Shown piece by piece: positions 1 through 13,530 of a stretch of 64,000 nucleotides of DNA (position 1 is the stretch's first letter; the number at the start of each line of letters is the position of its first letter). The notes beneath the pieces are model-generated. The model saw only the letters and a list, made by a program, of their open reading frames with translations, had not been told where the DNA came from and did no database searches. A program made the position numbers and the translations under genes. The DNA lies in NCBI RefSeq assembly GCF_018350175.1, contig NC_058368.1:234176001-234240000 (forward strand), in the 5' to 3' direction. This stretch comes from Felis catus. Its lineage: Eukaryota.

Positions 1-1019
1 AGTAATATTACAGTAATAGTAGTAATATAAAATTTAATATGATATATAGTTGTGTATTAATTATATACAATATATCATGTAATATAAAATTTCTAAATGT
101 AGACAATTTCTGGGGAGAAAAGACTCCTAGCAAGAGATAAATATAGGCTCTGTTCTCACTAGTATCGAATGACCATACTGTATTTGAACATCAATTATAT
201 CCTAATACTTATTGAAGCCTTGTTTTTATTTTTAAATGAACTAAATGAGTTCAAATAGCCCAAAGAAGGTTAAATTGCTTTTTAAATAATTTAGATTTTA
301 ACTGATTCAGTGTTCCTTTCCAATTCTGTAGGCCTGAGGGGGGAAATGCACTTTTAATAGGTTTGTTTACTGATGAAATAAAAGGCAGATGGTCCCCTAC
401 GGTTTCTGTTAGAAACTTCATGGAGCTCCCTGAGGAAAGGGTAGGTTATAATTTAACCACATTGGGATGAAAAGCAAATAATCGGCCTCAAGGAGCAAGG
501 CCTCTTTATTCAGCCTCCTCCCCATCCCCGTGAAAAAGACGCGATGCCCAGGCGGGAGCACCCTTGGTGGTGCCCGGGAGGACACAGCTAGGGAAGAGGT
601 TCACAGCACTGGTTGGCCCTTGTGGCCGGCTGCCAGACCAGCCAGGGAAAGTGTCTGCTTTTGCCTGTTCAGCTGTTGTGGGGAAAGAGGGCACATGACT
701 TGAGAAAAGGTTATCGTAGGTCAGAAAGCTGACTTGATTTTCTGAAAAATTAAGGGAGGAAACCCACCACTTCCCACAAGACCCTTGCCTTACAGACAGG
801 CTCAGGGTGGTCGGTGCCCAAGGGCTGACCGCTGAGGGACCCTCTGCCCTCGGCCACGCTCCGGCCAGCCCCCTGTTGCCCACCTGTCTGTGTCGCTGTC
901 CAGCTCTTTCAGGATGAGGGCCACCTCTCCCACTTCCCATTGGTTACACGGAAAACACTCGCAGGAGGCCCAGTGCACTGAATCATGGTGAATTTTGCCT
1001 CCAAAACAGGCCAAGGCTG

Positions 1020-1150
1020 GGGTGATAAAAAAAAGTTTGTGAAATAGATAGTGGTCATGTTCGTAGCACAGTGGGGATGGAATCCACTGAATTGTACACT
1101 TAGCATTGGTTATGATGGCAAATCATACATATAATATATAAAATGTTCTT
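1020..1150 (+). mobile_element. Old L1 (L1M-type) 3' end fragment
   Basis: 'tagatagtggt...ccactgaattgtacactt...ggttatgatggcaaat' resembles the L1MB/MC 3' terminus. Confidence 0.7.
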
Positions 1151-1165
1151 AAAAACGAGGCCACA

Positions 1166-1386
1166 GGGGGCACCTGGGTGCCTTAGTCGGTTGAGCGTCT
1201 GACTTCGGCTCAGGTCATGATCTAGCGGTTTGTGAGTTCGAGCCCGAATTGGGCTCTGTGCCGACAGCTCGGAGCCTGCAGCCTGCAGCCTGCTTCGGAT
1301 TCTGTGTCTCCCTCTCTCTCTCTCTCTGCCCCTCCCCTTCTTCCTCTCTGTCTCTCTCTCTCTCTCTCCAAAACAAATAAACATTT
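1166..1386 (+). mobile_element. Can-SINE
   Basis: ggggcacctgggtg head, (CT)n, A-rich tail; TSD aaaaac(g/t)aggccaca at 1151-1165 and 1387-1401. Confidence 0.95.
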
Positions 1387-2289
1387 AAAAACTAGGCCAC
1401 AGCAATAGGTCAGGCTACTGAGAAAAATGAGAAATTTACAAGAAGTGAAAAATAAAAACTCTTAGAAACGAGTTGCTCCCTTCTGAGAAAGGTATGCACC
1501 CTTTGCAAGAATATGTCAGTACCTTGCTTGCACATCAAAAAAGAATAAATTAGACATCAAAAAAACAGCAATAAACAAAAAGACCATTTTCTAATCAGGT
1601 TTTGTTCCACTGAGAATCACAAGAGTTGTCAGTATTCCTTAAGATGACAAAATTTTCCCCCTTCATTAGCACGGCAAACTGCAAACGACACCAAACAGAT
1701 GGCTATAAACCCAGCTGCATGGAGTACTTTTTTTTTTTTTATAGAAAAACAAACAAAAAGAAGAAAATCAACAGCAGTAAGATGTGAGCCTATTAAATTG
1801 CACTGAATTTTATTTCCAGTTCGATTGACCATTTATTCTCTAGCCTCAAAATAATCATACAACCCTCAGCATTGGAAAGAAACGTCATTTCTACGTGGTT
1901 CGCTTCAGCTGAGATTTACTGCATTCAGTGCTGAGTCCTGGACTTCAAAAGCAGTCAGGGAAATGCTCGATATCTTATTTCCTTATTTTTTTATTTACCT
2001 GATTACACCAAAGCGGGCCCAGGACATTTCTTCCTAAATGTGTATATATAATAATTCTCCACAATGTGTTATCCAATAGCAGACTCCATTCAGTCATATG
2101 AAGGCAGACAATGCCTATTTCAAGGTATAGCTCAAAATTGAAATGCAATAGTGTACTCCCGGCCAGAAGGTTACAAAGCAGAGATGCATTTTAAGTAAGT
2201 GGATTCCTCAGACAACCTTGTCTCTAAGCGTGTAGACGAGTTCTGGAACTGGTTTAAATATAGCTTCGGCAGCTTACATTCTGGGGAGC

Positions 2290-2430
2290 TGACTACATAC
2301 CAGGTACGGTTCTCTCTGGATTTTCCCACCAGTCCCATTAGGTAGGTGACATTCATCATCCTTATTTCACCCATAATAGTGATGGGGCACAGCGAAGTCA
2401 TCTGCTCAAGGTCCAGGCTTGTAAGTGGGG
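2290..2430 (-). mobile_element. MIR fragment
   Basis: Degenerate MIR core 'catccttatttcac...ggcacagcgaagtcatctgctcaaggtc'. Confidence 0.5.
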
Positions 2431-5400
2431 GGCACATAGCAATGCTAACGTGGAAGTGCTGTCCATCACTGGTCTGTGTTGCCTGGTTGTGAGGGTTGTT
2501 ACCTGGCAGATTACCCCTGCCTGCAAGTCCTTGAACCTTCTATGATTTACTTTGGGTTTTTCAAGTCCACTGGGGCTTTACCTCCTAAAGGTATTTTTTA
2601 AATATTGCATTATGTGTTATAATATAATGTTATAATGATATCATAATATAACATCATATATAATATTATGTATCATGTTGCTATTTATTTTATATTATAT
2701 ATGAATATATTATTTTTATTTTCAGTTGCTTCAACTTGATCAAGGAGGGTCCCTTATGTATACTTTTTCAAAAGGATCTTGTGAGATTTTTCACCTGTTT
2801 ATTCTGTTTTGCTTCAGTCATAAACAATTGGGTTATTAACCCCATACTTCTTTCAAAGTGTAGATGTATGACTTTGCTTAGATCTTTATTTTATTCTAGA
2901 TCATTCTCTGTGTTTGAAGGGAAAGCCCTTAACTGTCCTGGGTATACATAACATGAAAACAGTCTCATTTTCTTCCTTTGGGGGTCTTACGTGCTTTGCT
3001 CACCCCCTTTCCTCATACCAGCAAGTATATCTAGTGGACTGATCCTGCATGGGGAGGGTGGATGTGCCTGTTTAATTTATATAACAATAAAACACCGATA
3101 CTTACACTTCTGAGATCCGAGCCCTTGGATGCCCTTCAATTGACAACTCAGAACACCTCCCCTCAGAGCTTCTAAATTAGCCACTGCCCAACTCCTGACA
3201 GAGCCTCACTGTGTCTGTCACCTGCCAATGTGAGAAAGACAGAGGGGTGTACGGGGACATGCTGCCCATTCGTCCCACGAGGCTCTGGAGGCTGTGGCTC
3301 TGCACTGACCTAGAAGGCCGGGAAGCAGCCCAGCCGGACAACATGAGCTCATCTCCCCAGAGACAAGCCTCGCAGACTGCAGACTACAGTTTAGTAATAT
3401 ACTCTCAGCTTTTATTAATTAAAAATCAGACCGTGCCTCTCATGGGCCAGACTCCCTCTCCCTTTGTCCATCTACCTAAAGCTAGCAAGGTGAGATTGGC
3501 CAGAATGAGCTACCAGGGCGTCAACCAGAAAAAGGACCTCATGGATGATGTAGACCTGCCCTACAGGCAAATTCTCTCCTGCTCTGCCTTTCCCCCGGCT
3601 GGCCTTGTCTTCCCAAGGGGAAGCCAGTAGCCTAAGATTCAGGTGTGGGCTCTTGAAGGGCAGACGCTGTCCGTGGTCCTGAGCTGCGGTGCCCACATGT
3701 TCTCAGTGAAGGATGCGCTCCTGTGGGCCAGACTGGCTCTCAGGAATTACAGTTAGTAGTGGGGGCTGAAGCACCAAGGAAGAAAAGGGTCTCTTTGCCA
3801 AGCCCTGTGCAGGTGTTCATGCTTCCCGTGGAATCCTCGTGGAGAGGCATGGATGGTCCAGATAAGATTAGGAACGCTGGGTCCATCCATGGCACCTGTA
3901 TGGGGCACCCATCTGCACCAATCTGAACATGACCTGACAACTAGAAATCCATAAAACTGTGACATCCCTGGCTTTGCTTTTGCTACCAAGAAATTCTGAG
4001 CCAAATCTAATGTTCAAAAGAAACGCTATGATCCTGAACTTGTAGTATCCTCGCCTTACCCCTCCTGCCATGTGATCTTGAACTTTTATGTTCATCTCAT
4101 CTGAATGACTCAGCTCCATTCATCTTTTCTTAGAAGCAGACTCAAGTCTTTTGGAAAAGAAACCAAAGGGAAAGGTTTTAAGTAAATATCAAGTCACTTG
4201 CTTTTTCAAGATTGAAAAGTAAATCATAATTTTGCCCCATGTGTCTGGCACAAATGAATATTAATGAATGAACCAGCCGCCAGCCGCACATCCACATCCA
4301 AGCTCTACCGCTCTCGCCAATGGGAGAGGAGATGTGGACGTTCCCCTGATTCTAGAAAAGAGCTGAGTTCCCCACACGGGGGTCCTGTGGACAGGGCTTC
4401 TGGGGGTGATTTCATAGGATTTGACTCTTTGAAGCTCATTGTTCACTTATTTGTTCATTTATTCACTTAACAACCTTACATAAGGTAGAGTATAAACATG
4501 AAAAGATAAGGGTACTCCCAGAAATTGGAAGAGGGTCCCGGAAAAGCAGAAAGAATTGGCTTAGAAATGGATTTTGATTCTAGAATGGAAACTCGCAAGG
4601 AACAACACAGGAGATAGGAGGAGGCATACACAGAAGGCAAAGGGACCCTAAGGCATGGCAAGTGAGTGGGCTGAGATCGTCGGAGTGTGGGGACACAGAG
4701 GGGGGGACACAGATGGCTTCTCAGGCATGTGACCTCTGCAGCCACCAGGCCTGGGGCATAGAAGGCCCCTGTCCCTGGTGTCACCTTCTGCCATCATCTT
4801 GACAGTCTTCATCTTTGAACAAGTGGTCCTGCCTCCCAATTTTGCACTGAGCCCCACAAACTACGCAGCGGACCCTGAAGAGGAGAAGCCGAGAGACAGA
4901 GTGAGACACCGTGGCTGGTCTTCTGCGTGGATGGAGGAGTTCTGTGCAGAGTCCAGGAAGCTGCCGAAGCCCTTTCCCCCGGGCTCCACAGCTGGCTCAG
5001 GACTGTCCAGACCACACACTCCCCCTGTGCTCCTGGGGCCCGCTGAGCCTGCAGCCCACCCTCCCAGCTCCTACACCCCAGGCCGGTGCAGGGGGGAAAA
5101 TGCACGGGTATGGGCACCAGGGTCACAGGAAAGTCACCATCTGCATCTCAAACAGCATGTCCTGAGCTGCTCCCTCTCTGTTACCTGCTGTGACCCCACT
5201 TCCTTCCCCATTCTTCACTTCACATTCCACGAGCAGACCCCAGCCCTGCACCTGGACGCTTTCCCCTCCCTCCCCCTTCATTCGGAAACCACTTTCCATT
5301 TCTGTCCTTGTCCCTCCACCAGTCATGGTCTCCTTTGGGGCGGGGTGAGGGGGGGGGAACCACAGGGGTGTGAGGACAGACCCACTGCACTCATTAACGG

Positions 5401-5849
5401 CATCTTGGGTGCGGCAGCAAATCTGTGTGCAGATCTTGCTGTCTTCAGCGCCTGAACTTCTCCCTCTTCTGGGATCTTTTGCATAAGTTAATAAACAAGT
5501 TGTTTCTTCTAACAGAAATAGATCCATGTGTCCATGCATGCACAACCCTTTCCCTGTTCCTCAGCTACTCTCCTTTCTTGAGCTGGTGCACCTGTGCTGT
5601 ACCAAACGCATAACCTTGTGTGCATATGGCATTCCCTTCCCTTGTGACTTTATTTGCCTTTTCTTGGTCACAGCTCAAGAGTCCCCCTTGTCCCCCTCAC
5701 AGGTCTGCAGCCAGGATTTACACACGGTTCTATCTGACTCCAGAGCAAGAGAGGAGACGGCCAACCAATGGAAGTGGTCCCCAAACACGCTCCCTGCCTA
5801 CTTCCTTTGTGACCTGCCGAAGCTCTATTTTTGGTGCAGCAGATCATCT

Positions 5850-6225
5850 TGCTGTTCAGCAAATGTTCATTCTCCTGTCCCTGCTCCACCTTGGGCATGG
5901 ACACACGGGTTGTTTTGGTTCATGGAAGGTGAGCAAGCACCATGCAAGTGCAAACTTGATATGGTACCTCATGGCTTTGCTCAGCTCTTGTGACCCTGTC
6001 TTCCACCATGAGAAAAATACGTCCCAGGGGGCCACTGGTCCAGAAGGAGAAAGTACCTGGGGCAGAATGGAAGCCAACATTGACTGGGGCCACATGCAGT
6101 CAAGCCCTGCGAACATTAGGCAACCCTCGCTTCCTTAAGCAAGAAACAGTATTCGCTCCAGGAAGCCGTTGACACTGGGGTTCCTCTGCTACACGAATTA
6201 TCACAGCAAAGCCTGATGAATCCAC
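5850..6225 (+). mobile_element. MaLR LTR (old MLT1-type) fragment
   Basis: 'ccatgagaa...ccagggggccactg' and an MLT1-like 3' end 'gctacacgaattatcacagcaaagcctgatgaatcca'. Confidence 0.5.
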
Positions 6226-8091
6226 TCTCCCATGTGCTGGTGTGACCAACCAAGAGTAAAACAGATCCACAAGGCTTACAGGAAAAAGAGAAAAAGGAAA
6301 TGCTAAGATCTTAGAAAATTCACGGACTAAGTCAGCTTTTCGTGAAAGCTGTGTTTATAGACAAAAACTTCCAAAGTTGCTCTCCCCCAAACACACCAAT
6401 AATAACTGGCTGATCCATAAATCCCCTTCCCACTGTGAGGAAGACCTTTTTTTCTCCTGTCCTTGTGCTTACATATAAAGGGAGCTGAGTGGGAGTACCA
6501 GTCCTGCCCCAGGGCCACCCTGCCCTCATCATGCTCCAGGGGAGGTGAAATGGTTTCTCTCCTGGTGCACTTGAGAGAAGAGACTGGATGGCCTACGCAG
6601 GCCCTTTTTCTCTTTTGTCTACTTTCTACCCACCTGCGCACAAGTGTGTGATCTGGTCCGTTCTCTAACATGCTGCAAGGGGTCCCCCCCAGGGAGGAAA
6701 ACTTAGTGACCCGGTGAGTGGGTAAGTAGGATCGAGGAGTGTGAGAGCAAGTCCACTCACTCGCAGCCCTAATTACATTCTATAAAGAAAAAATAATTGA
6801 ATAAAAAATTTTAAAAAGACTATAAGCTACCAAAAAGTAAAAAGAAAACAATCAATATAGTGCAATACTCAACAACACCAGGAAAACAAAACAAAACAGA
6901 ACCACGTCAAAGATTCAGAAAACAGCTTTGCATTATTCCACCTCATTGAAACTTGATTTAGTCCATTTTGAAAAAAGGGACACATTGTACATTTACACCA
7001 GGTATGATGATGCCATTAGCAAAATCCTTTAAAACAGTCCATCTCCAAAAAAGTGTAATTCATAAAAAATTCAAAAAAGGTTATTGGGAATAAAGTCTGG
7101 TCCCCAATGGTTGGACATCTATATTGTTTCCCAGCTTGTTCCTAATTCAGGGAGGAAAGACACAGATATTAATTGCTGATCTTCCACGGCTTCAACCTAA
7201 AATAATTTACTGTGACACAATCTAGAACAATATAAAAATTATGTCTGGCAGGGAGGAAATTAGTGGGTTTAAGTCCAAGACCCATGAAGGGGTAAGCAAG
7301 TGATGTCCTATATTCATTCATGCCCCGCCCACCTTGGACCAGCATGGAGTATATGTCTCAAAGACCCTTAGGCAAAGGAGGTGTCCAGGGTAGGATGTGA
7401 AACAAACTAAGCTATGGAAACCTTAAATCAATTTAATGTGTGGCCATTTGTCCTTCCATGTTGGAACACTGATCAATTTTAGCATAAATAACAATTGACA
7501 CCTTGAAGAGAAACGTCAATGGTTCTCAATGGTTCATGGGATTGAACTCCTGCTAGAGAATAAAAAAAAATATCCACTATTCAGACATACGTGGTGAATT
7601 CAAAACACGGCCTCTTGCCGAGAGGACTAATAACAGTCATGAGCCATGGAAGTTTCCGAAAAAGGCACATGAAAATAGTTGGCAATTGAAGTGGGAAGAA
7701 CCGTAATTAATGAATTGCTAGTTGTTACTGTGAATTTTCTAGGCTTTCACCAAGGTTTTCACCTCTAGCTATACCTTGCAGCTTCCACATAATGAAGTCT
7801 TTAGAAGGATAGAAACTCCATACAGTGAGAATGTTTTCTAAGGAGGTTTTTCTGGTTCTGTGCAGAGGGGACTTCCCACGTTAGAGCCAACCTTCTCACC
7901 TTCTAGGAAACCACACGTACACCAGACTTCTAACAAACCTTTAGAATGAAAAATTGTTTACCACTTATATTTATCATAGACAAATATCCTATAAATATCA
8001 TAGATAAATGGGTTTCAGTCTATTTAGAAAAACCAGTTTAGGTACATCAAATTGCTCTAATTCTAGCCAGCACTGAAACTGCACATTTAAC

Positions 8092-8217
8092 AGGGCACCT
8101 GGGTGGCTTACTCAGTTAAGCATCCCACTCTTGATTTCGGTTCAGGTCATGATCTCACAGTTTGTGAGATCGAGCCCCGCAGCAGGCTCAGCACTGACAA
8201 TGCAGACCCTGCTTGGG

Positions 8218-8269
<52 letters not shown>

Positions 8270-8315
8270 ACACACACTTTCTCTCTCAAATAAATAGACT
8301 TAAAAAAAAAAAAAA
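8092..8315 (+). mobile_element. Can-SINE (older subtype)
   Basis: Head, 'ctcttgatttcggttcaggtc', long (CT)n, poly-A; degenerate TSD gaaact..cattt. Confidence 0.93.
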
Positions 8316-9111
8316 GAAACTTCTCATTTTAGTTATTTCCATACCCCTGTCCAAGCAAATGTGTTTGTCATTGGAAATATCTGTTAAATAGTTCAAAGAC
8401 CTCCTTTACTGTCTTCTCTGATCCTGGGAGTCTGTGGATCACTGATTTAAAGAGCTCTCCCACTAAAATCCTGTCCAAATAGAGTTGTAATGGCAAACAT
8501 TAAATCCTTCATGTGGAGTAAACGTCTGGCTTCATGACAACACTCCTACTACAGTTACATGCTGCCAGAATTAGGGGGAGAAAATAATTCTTATCCACAT
8601 GCCTATTTGAATACGGATTTCTTAATTCACCTGTTGGTTACCTTGGAAAATTACAAGCTGACTAGTGAAGGAATGAATAATACTGAGCTGGGGGTTAGTG
8701 AAACAAAAGTAGGGATATTGCTCTCAGAGTTGACTTGTGTGAGATCTCACAGTGAACCTTGCTGGATGTACAGGGACTTGCAGAGGGACCTTGGGGACCA
8801 GACAAAAGGATATGAGAAGCAAAACTAGTGCCCTAACCCTTCCTTGGACCGCTATAAACCCAGTCATTAAAATGGGTTCCATCTCTGATGATTCCATACT
8901 AAGTCAGTTGAGAAGTATTCCAACAAGTTTCCAGGGAACTTCAGAACCACGTGGTTTTGTGCAAATGATGAAGGATGACCTTGTGTCTATTCTTAGGTAA
9001 GAGAAGTGAAACTAGAATATATTTTCTATTTTTATATAATCTATTGAAAACATAAATTCTGAAAGATAGAGGGGAAGAAAATGAGGGAGACAGGAAGGAA
9101 AGAAAGAGTTT

Positions 9112-9286
9112 GATAGATAGATAGATAGATAGATATAGATATTAGATGATAGATACAGATATAGATATAGATATAGATATAGATACATAGATATAGATAT
9201 AGATATAGATATAGATATAGATATAGATACAGATACATAGATATAGATATAGATATAGTTATAGATATAGATATAGATATAGATAT
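9112..9286. repeat. (GATA)n/(GATATA)n compound microsatellite
   Basis: Directly visible. Confidence 0.95.
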
Positions 9287-9287
9287 T

Positions 9288-9610
9288 CCAGTAATACTAT
9301 TTCTAGGGATTTCTCCTAAGGAAATAGTCATAAATATTAAGCTTTGAGATCACCTAAATATCCAATATTAAAGGGTTAGTTAGTACATGTCGACTTTGCA
9401 GTTGTTGGCAATTATTATTGCAAAGAATTTATAATATGGAGACTTTTTATGAAATTCTGAAGGACATACAACTGCGAGCATATTACATTTTTAACTGTGA
9501 AAATATGGGCAGTAAAAAAACTCAAAGGAAATACATTAATAGTAATAAAATCATGAGTGATGTTTAGGTTCCTTTGCGTAGTTTTCTGGTTTTCCAAAGC
9601 TTCTTCAAAG
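9288..9610 (+). mobile_element. Old L1 (L1ME/MC-type) 3' region fragment
   Basis: 'ccagtaatactatttctagggatttctcctaaggaaata...cacctaaatatccaa' resembles the L1 ORF2 end and 3' UTR. Confidence 0.65.
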
Positions 9611-9933
9611 AGGAGATACTACCCTCATGATTTCTATATGTGTGAGAATTCTAAGGTGCATCCCCCTCAAATTTCCCACCCTCATCCCCAGGACTATGAG
9701 GTATGGTGTCCACAATTGTGGTGGCTACATGGCAGAAGGGATTTTGCAGAAGTAATTAAGGTTCTTAATCAGTTGACTTTGAGTTGACTGGGAGGTTATT
9801 CCAGCAGATCTATTCCAACAGGTGAGCCCTGAAAGGCAGAGAATTTTCTCTGGCTGGTGGCAGAAGGGAAGGTCAGAGAGAATCAAACGTGAAAGAGTAC
9901 CATACCGGCTACTGGCTAGGGTGATGGGAGGGC

Positions 9934-10444
9934 TGTATTAACTATGTCTTATTTTCAGTGTGTTGATGCCCCCGGGGGGACCACCATTCCAGAATTAGAT
10001 AATTCCTGAAGACGGTGAACACCTCATCTGAGGAGTGGCTTCTAGATGCAATCCAACCCATGCAGAGCCCACACCCCAACTTCTTCTATCAGGTTCGCAC
10101 ACTCTGGGCCACTTTCCACCTGCCCTAATCAACCCAGGTCCGGGTACCAGCAACCACTGGTGGCCCCTGTGCCCCAGAGTCCTGAAATGATCCAAACCGG
10201 CCAATCCTGAGCACGCTTACCCCACCTCTCTCGTTCCTTCCCTTGGAAGCCAGGATAAAGGCTCTTGTCAGAACTTTCCCTCCCTCCCTCTGCCTCCTGG
10301 AGAACCCGGCGCTGGCCCCTGTGACCCACCAGTGCCTCTAGGGGGCGATGAGATACAAACCATCTTTCCGATAGAAATCTATCTCCTGATTTGATGGCCT
10401 AACTGACCTTCCAATTTTCTACTAATACACTGTGTGTTAAAACA
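9934..10444 (+). mobile_element. ERV1-class solo LTR (MER39/MER34-like)
   Basis: TG...CA termini; 4-bp TSD GGGC at 9930-9933 and 10445-10448; internal 'gccaatcct...ataaaggctcttg' typical of this LTR group. Confidence 0.8.
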
Positions 10445-10733
10445 GGGCCTATGTACGCCAGCCAGAATGCAGCTGAGAGGACCCCAGGAGCAGCTGGCAA
10501 CTCCTGGCCAACACCCAGCAAGGGAACAGGGACTTCAGTCCTACAACCACAAGGTGCTGAACTTGGAAAACACCCAGCGGAGCCTGGAAAGGTCTTCTTC
10601 TCCGCCAGGACACAGATCACCGTCTTGTTGGGCCAGCTCCTTGATTTCAGCCTGCTGGTCACTGAGCAGAGAACGCGGCCCAGCCTGCCTTGATTTCTGA
10701 ACTACAAAACTGTGAGGTAATAATGGGATGTTG

Positions 10734-10856
10734 TTTTTTTTTTTTTAATTTAATTTAATTAATTTATCATCATCTCTACACTCAGCATGGGGCTCAAACT
10801 CACAACCCCGAGATCAAGTGTCACATGCTCCTCTGTCTGAGCCAGCCAGGTGCCCC
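10734..10856 (-). mobile_element. Short older Can-SINE
   Basis: Poly-T followed by the reverse head 'ctgagccagccaggtgcccc'. Confidence 0.85.
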
Positions 10857-10990
10857 TGTGGTATTGTTTTAAGGCCCAAAGTTTGTGGTAACGCAATATG
10901 TATAAAGACTCTACATACGCATATTCATATATTGTTTGTAGTTTGCTTTAAATGCATATGCAATTTAAATTTGCTATATTTCCGGGGCGA

Positions 10991-11345
10991 GGGGGCTGCC
11001 TGGGTGGTTCAGTCGGTTAAGCCTCCAACTTTGGCTCAGGTCTTGATCTCGCGGTTCCTGAGTTCAAGCCCCACATCTCTCGCTCCCTCTCAAAAATAAA
11101 TAAACATTAAAAAAATAAATTTGGGGCAGCTGGGTGGCTCAGTCGGTTAAGCGTCTGATTTTGGCTCAGGTCATGATCTCGTAGTTCATGAGTTAGAGCC
11201 CCACGTCGTCGGGCTCTGTGCTGACAGCTCGGAGCCTGGAGCCTGCTTCGGATTCTGTGTCTCCCCCTCTCTCCGCCCCTTCCCCCACTCACTGTCTGTC
11301 TCCCTCTCTCTAAAATAAATATTTTTAAGAAATAATAAATAAATA
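10991..11345 (+). mobile_element. Two head-to-tail Can-SINEs (10991-11120 internally deleted; 11123-11345)
   Basis: Two heads and two A-tails; degenerate TSD taaatttg.ta.a.ttcc flanks the pair. Confidence 0.92.
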
Positions 11346-13199
11346 AATTTGGTAGAATTCCTCAAACCCAGATAAATCTTATCATCTTGCTTACATTTTC
11401 AGGACACAAGCAGCATGTTAATCCTGGCTTTTAACAGAAACCGAAACTATAGAAAACAGTCCCCAGAGCCCTGAGCAGAGGTCAGCCCTGCTCCACTGGA
11501 ACGTCTCCACGGGGCGTATGAAAGCCGCAGGGAAGCCAGGCCAGGACGCGTGACCCAGGTTCTTTGCGGACATGCGAATTGCTCACCTTCTTCACACGGA
11601 GATGACTGTGCCCGCTGCAAATGTCCGTCCCCGCTCTGGCCTTCGGTGACCTCTCACCACGGAGGCTCACACGCCGAGAGCCACGGCCACCTGGCCATCG
11701 TCACTCGTCAGCAGCGATCCCGGGAGACACGTGCGGGGACATTTGCCATGCGGCGTGCACTCTCAGCCTCCTTTGGTGAAGCAGCCCCATGTCACAAAGC
11801 ACCTTCTTGGAAACCTCTTGAAAACGGCACCCATTTTGACAAATGCTTGTTTCCAATCTTAATCAGGCTATGCCATGGATATGAGTCTTTAAAGCAAATT
11901 CTAAGACTTAACTAAATGTATATCACATACCCGTCGTGTCCATGGTACTGGGCCCGGCGCTGGGATGCGCTGGGGTAAAGTAGGTTGGGTGTGGCCCCGG
12001 CCCCCTTCACCCCAGTTACGTCCCCAGACCTCTTCCTTGTCTGCAGGTGCTCTGTTCAGAAAGACCCGCGAGTCCAGCCCCCTGGGGAAGGGAGGTCCCA
12101 GAAACCGGCTCCAGGGTGGGGTCTCAGCCACCGTTCAGCCCTAGCTTGGGAGCCCACATCCCAGCCCCTGGCCCCGTCCACTCGGGAGCCCTCTGCCCCT
12201 CCACGCGTGGCCCCTGGTGTTTGCCAGTGAAATCTCAGCACCCCTGGCGCGGGGAGGGCTAACGATCAAACCGAATGCTGGGAGACACTCAGAGAAGATG
12301 CTTTCCTTCCGGGCCTTTCCATTTGCTGCCTGATCAGTGCGGCTGCTGTCTTCTCATTTGCCTCTTCCACACCAGCTGCCATTAGAGACCCTGTTGACAA
12401 CCAGTGCGTGGCTGCCTGGGGGATCTGACTGCTGCCAGACCTGAGTCCTGCTTCTGTCCGCAACCTGGGCTGCCCCTCCCTGCAGCCAGGCCAGGTATTC
12501 CGGGGTCCCCTCCGGCCCCTTTGCTACAGAATCCCTGGAGCCCCAGACCATCCGCCCTTCAAGGACATGCCCCCACTTATGACAGCCCGAACGGGCTGGC
12601 TGTGCTGCGGAACAATGCCAAATCCGTCTCCGAGCTGCTGGAGCAGAGGCAAGCTCTGATCCGATCGCGTGACTTGTGGAGAGGGGCGACCTTCCCTCTT
12701 CTACTCCATTTTCTATTTGCCCTGCTTTCTTTTGCATCTCTTTTGGGGGGAGGGGGAGGAGGTGAGAGTGATCAGAGCAAAAGACACAAAGGACAGGGAC
12801 CAGGAAAAGCGTGCATCCATAATGGGTCCACTGACCTCAGCATCACCGCGAGATCAGTCCCGTCCTTCGTGTCCACACATGGTGGCCTGTGGTCTTTACA
12901 CGTGACTTGTCACTTGGAACCGATCTTCCAAGCATCGTGCTCCAGTGGCAAGGATAATCTCACGCTCTCAAAGTCTGAGCAAAGAAAAAATAAATCTTCT
13001 ACAAAAAACCAACGTATTCTGCTCTGGGGTAACCAAAATCAACTCTTCATCAACAAGCGAGAAAATACAAACCAATCCCAAAATTTCATTTGGGGCTTAA
13101 CAAACATTTCCATCTGGCAGGGGCTCTGCTAAAGAAAGACACAGCAAAAGATACCAACGGATCATCACACACACACACACAGACACACACACCTCCCAA

Positions 13200-13530
13200 G
13201 TTCTCCCATTTCATCTAAAGTCCTTATACATAGAGCCCCAAGGCCCTATGTGACCTGACCTGACCGCATCACCTCCAGAACTCGTCTCCTACTACTCACT
13301 CTCTTGAACTCCCTGCCACACCGGCCTCCTTCCTATTCCCTGGATATGTCAATCAAGTGCAGACCTCAGGGCCTTTGCACAGCTGCTCACTAAGCCAGGA
13401 ATACTCTTCCCACCACGCACAGGCTCTTTCCTTCCCTTTCTTCAGGCTCACACTCCAATGTCACTTTCTCCCTAGGCTTTCCACAGACGCTTTATCTAAA
13501 ACTGCCCTCCCATCTCGTTATCCTCCGTCC
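13200..13530 (+). mobile_element. L2 fragment
   Basis: 'cctcagggcctttgcacagctg...ggaatactcttccc' is a hallmark of the L2 3' region. Confidence 0.8.

Larger units (their letters stand above)
9636..10897 (+). mobile_element. MaLR LTR (MLT1D/E-like), split by an ERV1 LTR and a SINE
   Basis: 'ggcagaagggattttgcagaagtaattaagg' before the insertion; 'gacttcagtcctacaaccacaagg' and 'aagtttgtggtaa' after it. Confidence 0.85.

Noticed and set aside
4778..5455. 225-aa ORF
   Set aside because: GTG start, composition driven by C-rich sequence, no recognisable domain
6640..6730. Two adjacent strong donor-like sites (GTGAGT, GTAAGT)
   Set aside because: No supported coding frame, and such sites are common by chance
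12404..13132. 242-aa ORF with a protein-like patch (AVLRNNAKSVSELLEQRQALIRSRD)
   Set aside because: Non-ATG start, no family I recognise, low-complexity parts and no convincing splice sites around the patch; a blastp or PhyloCSF run would settle it
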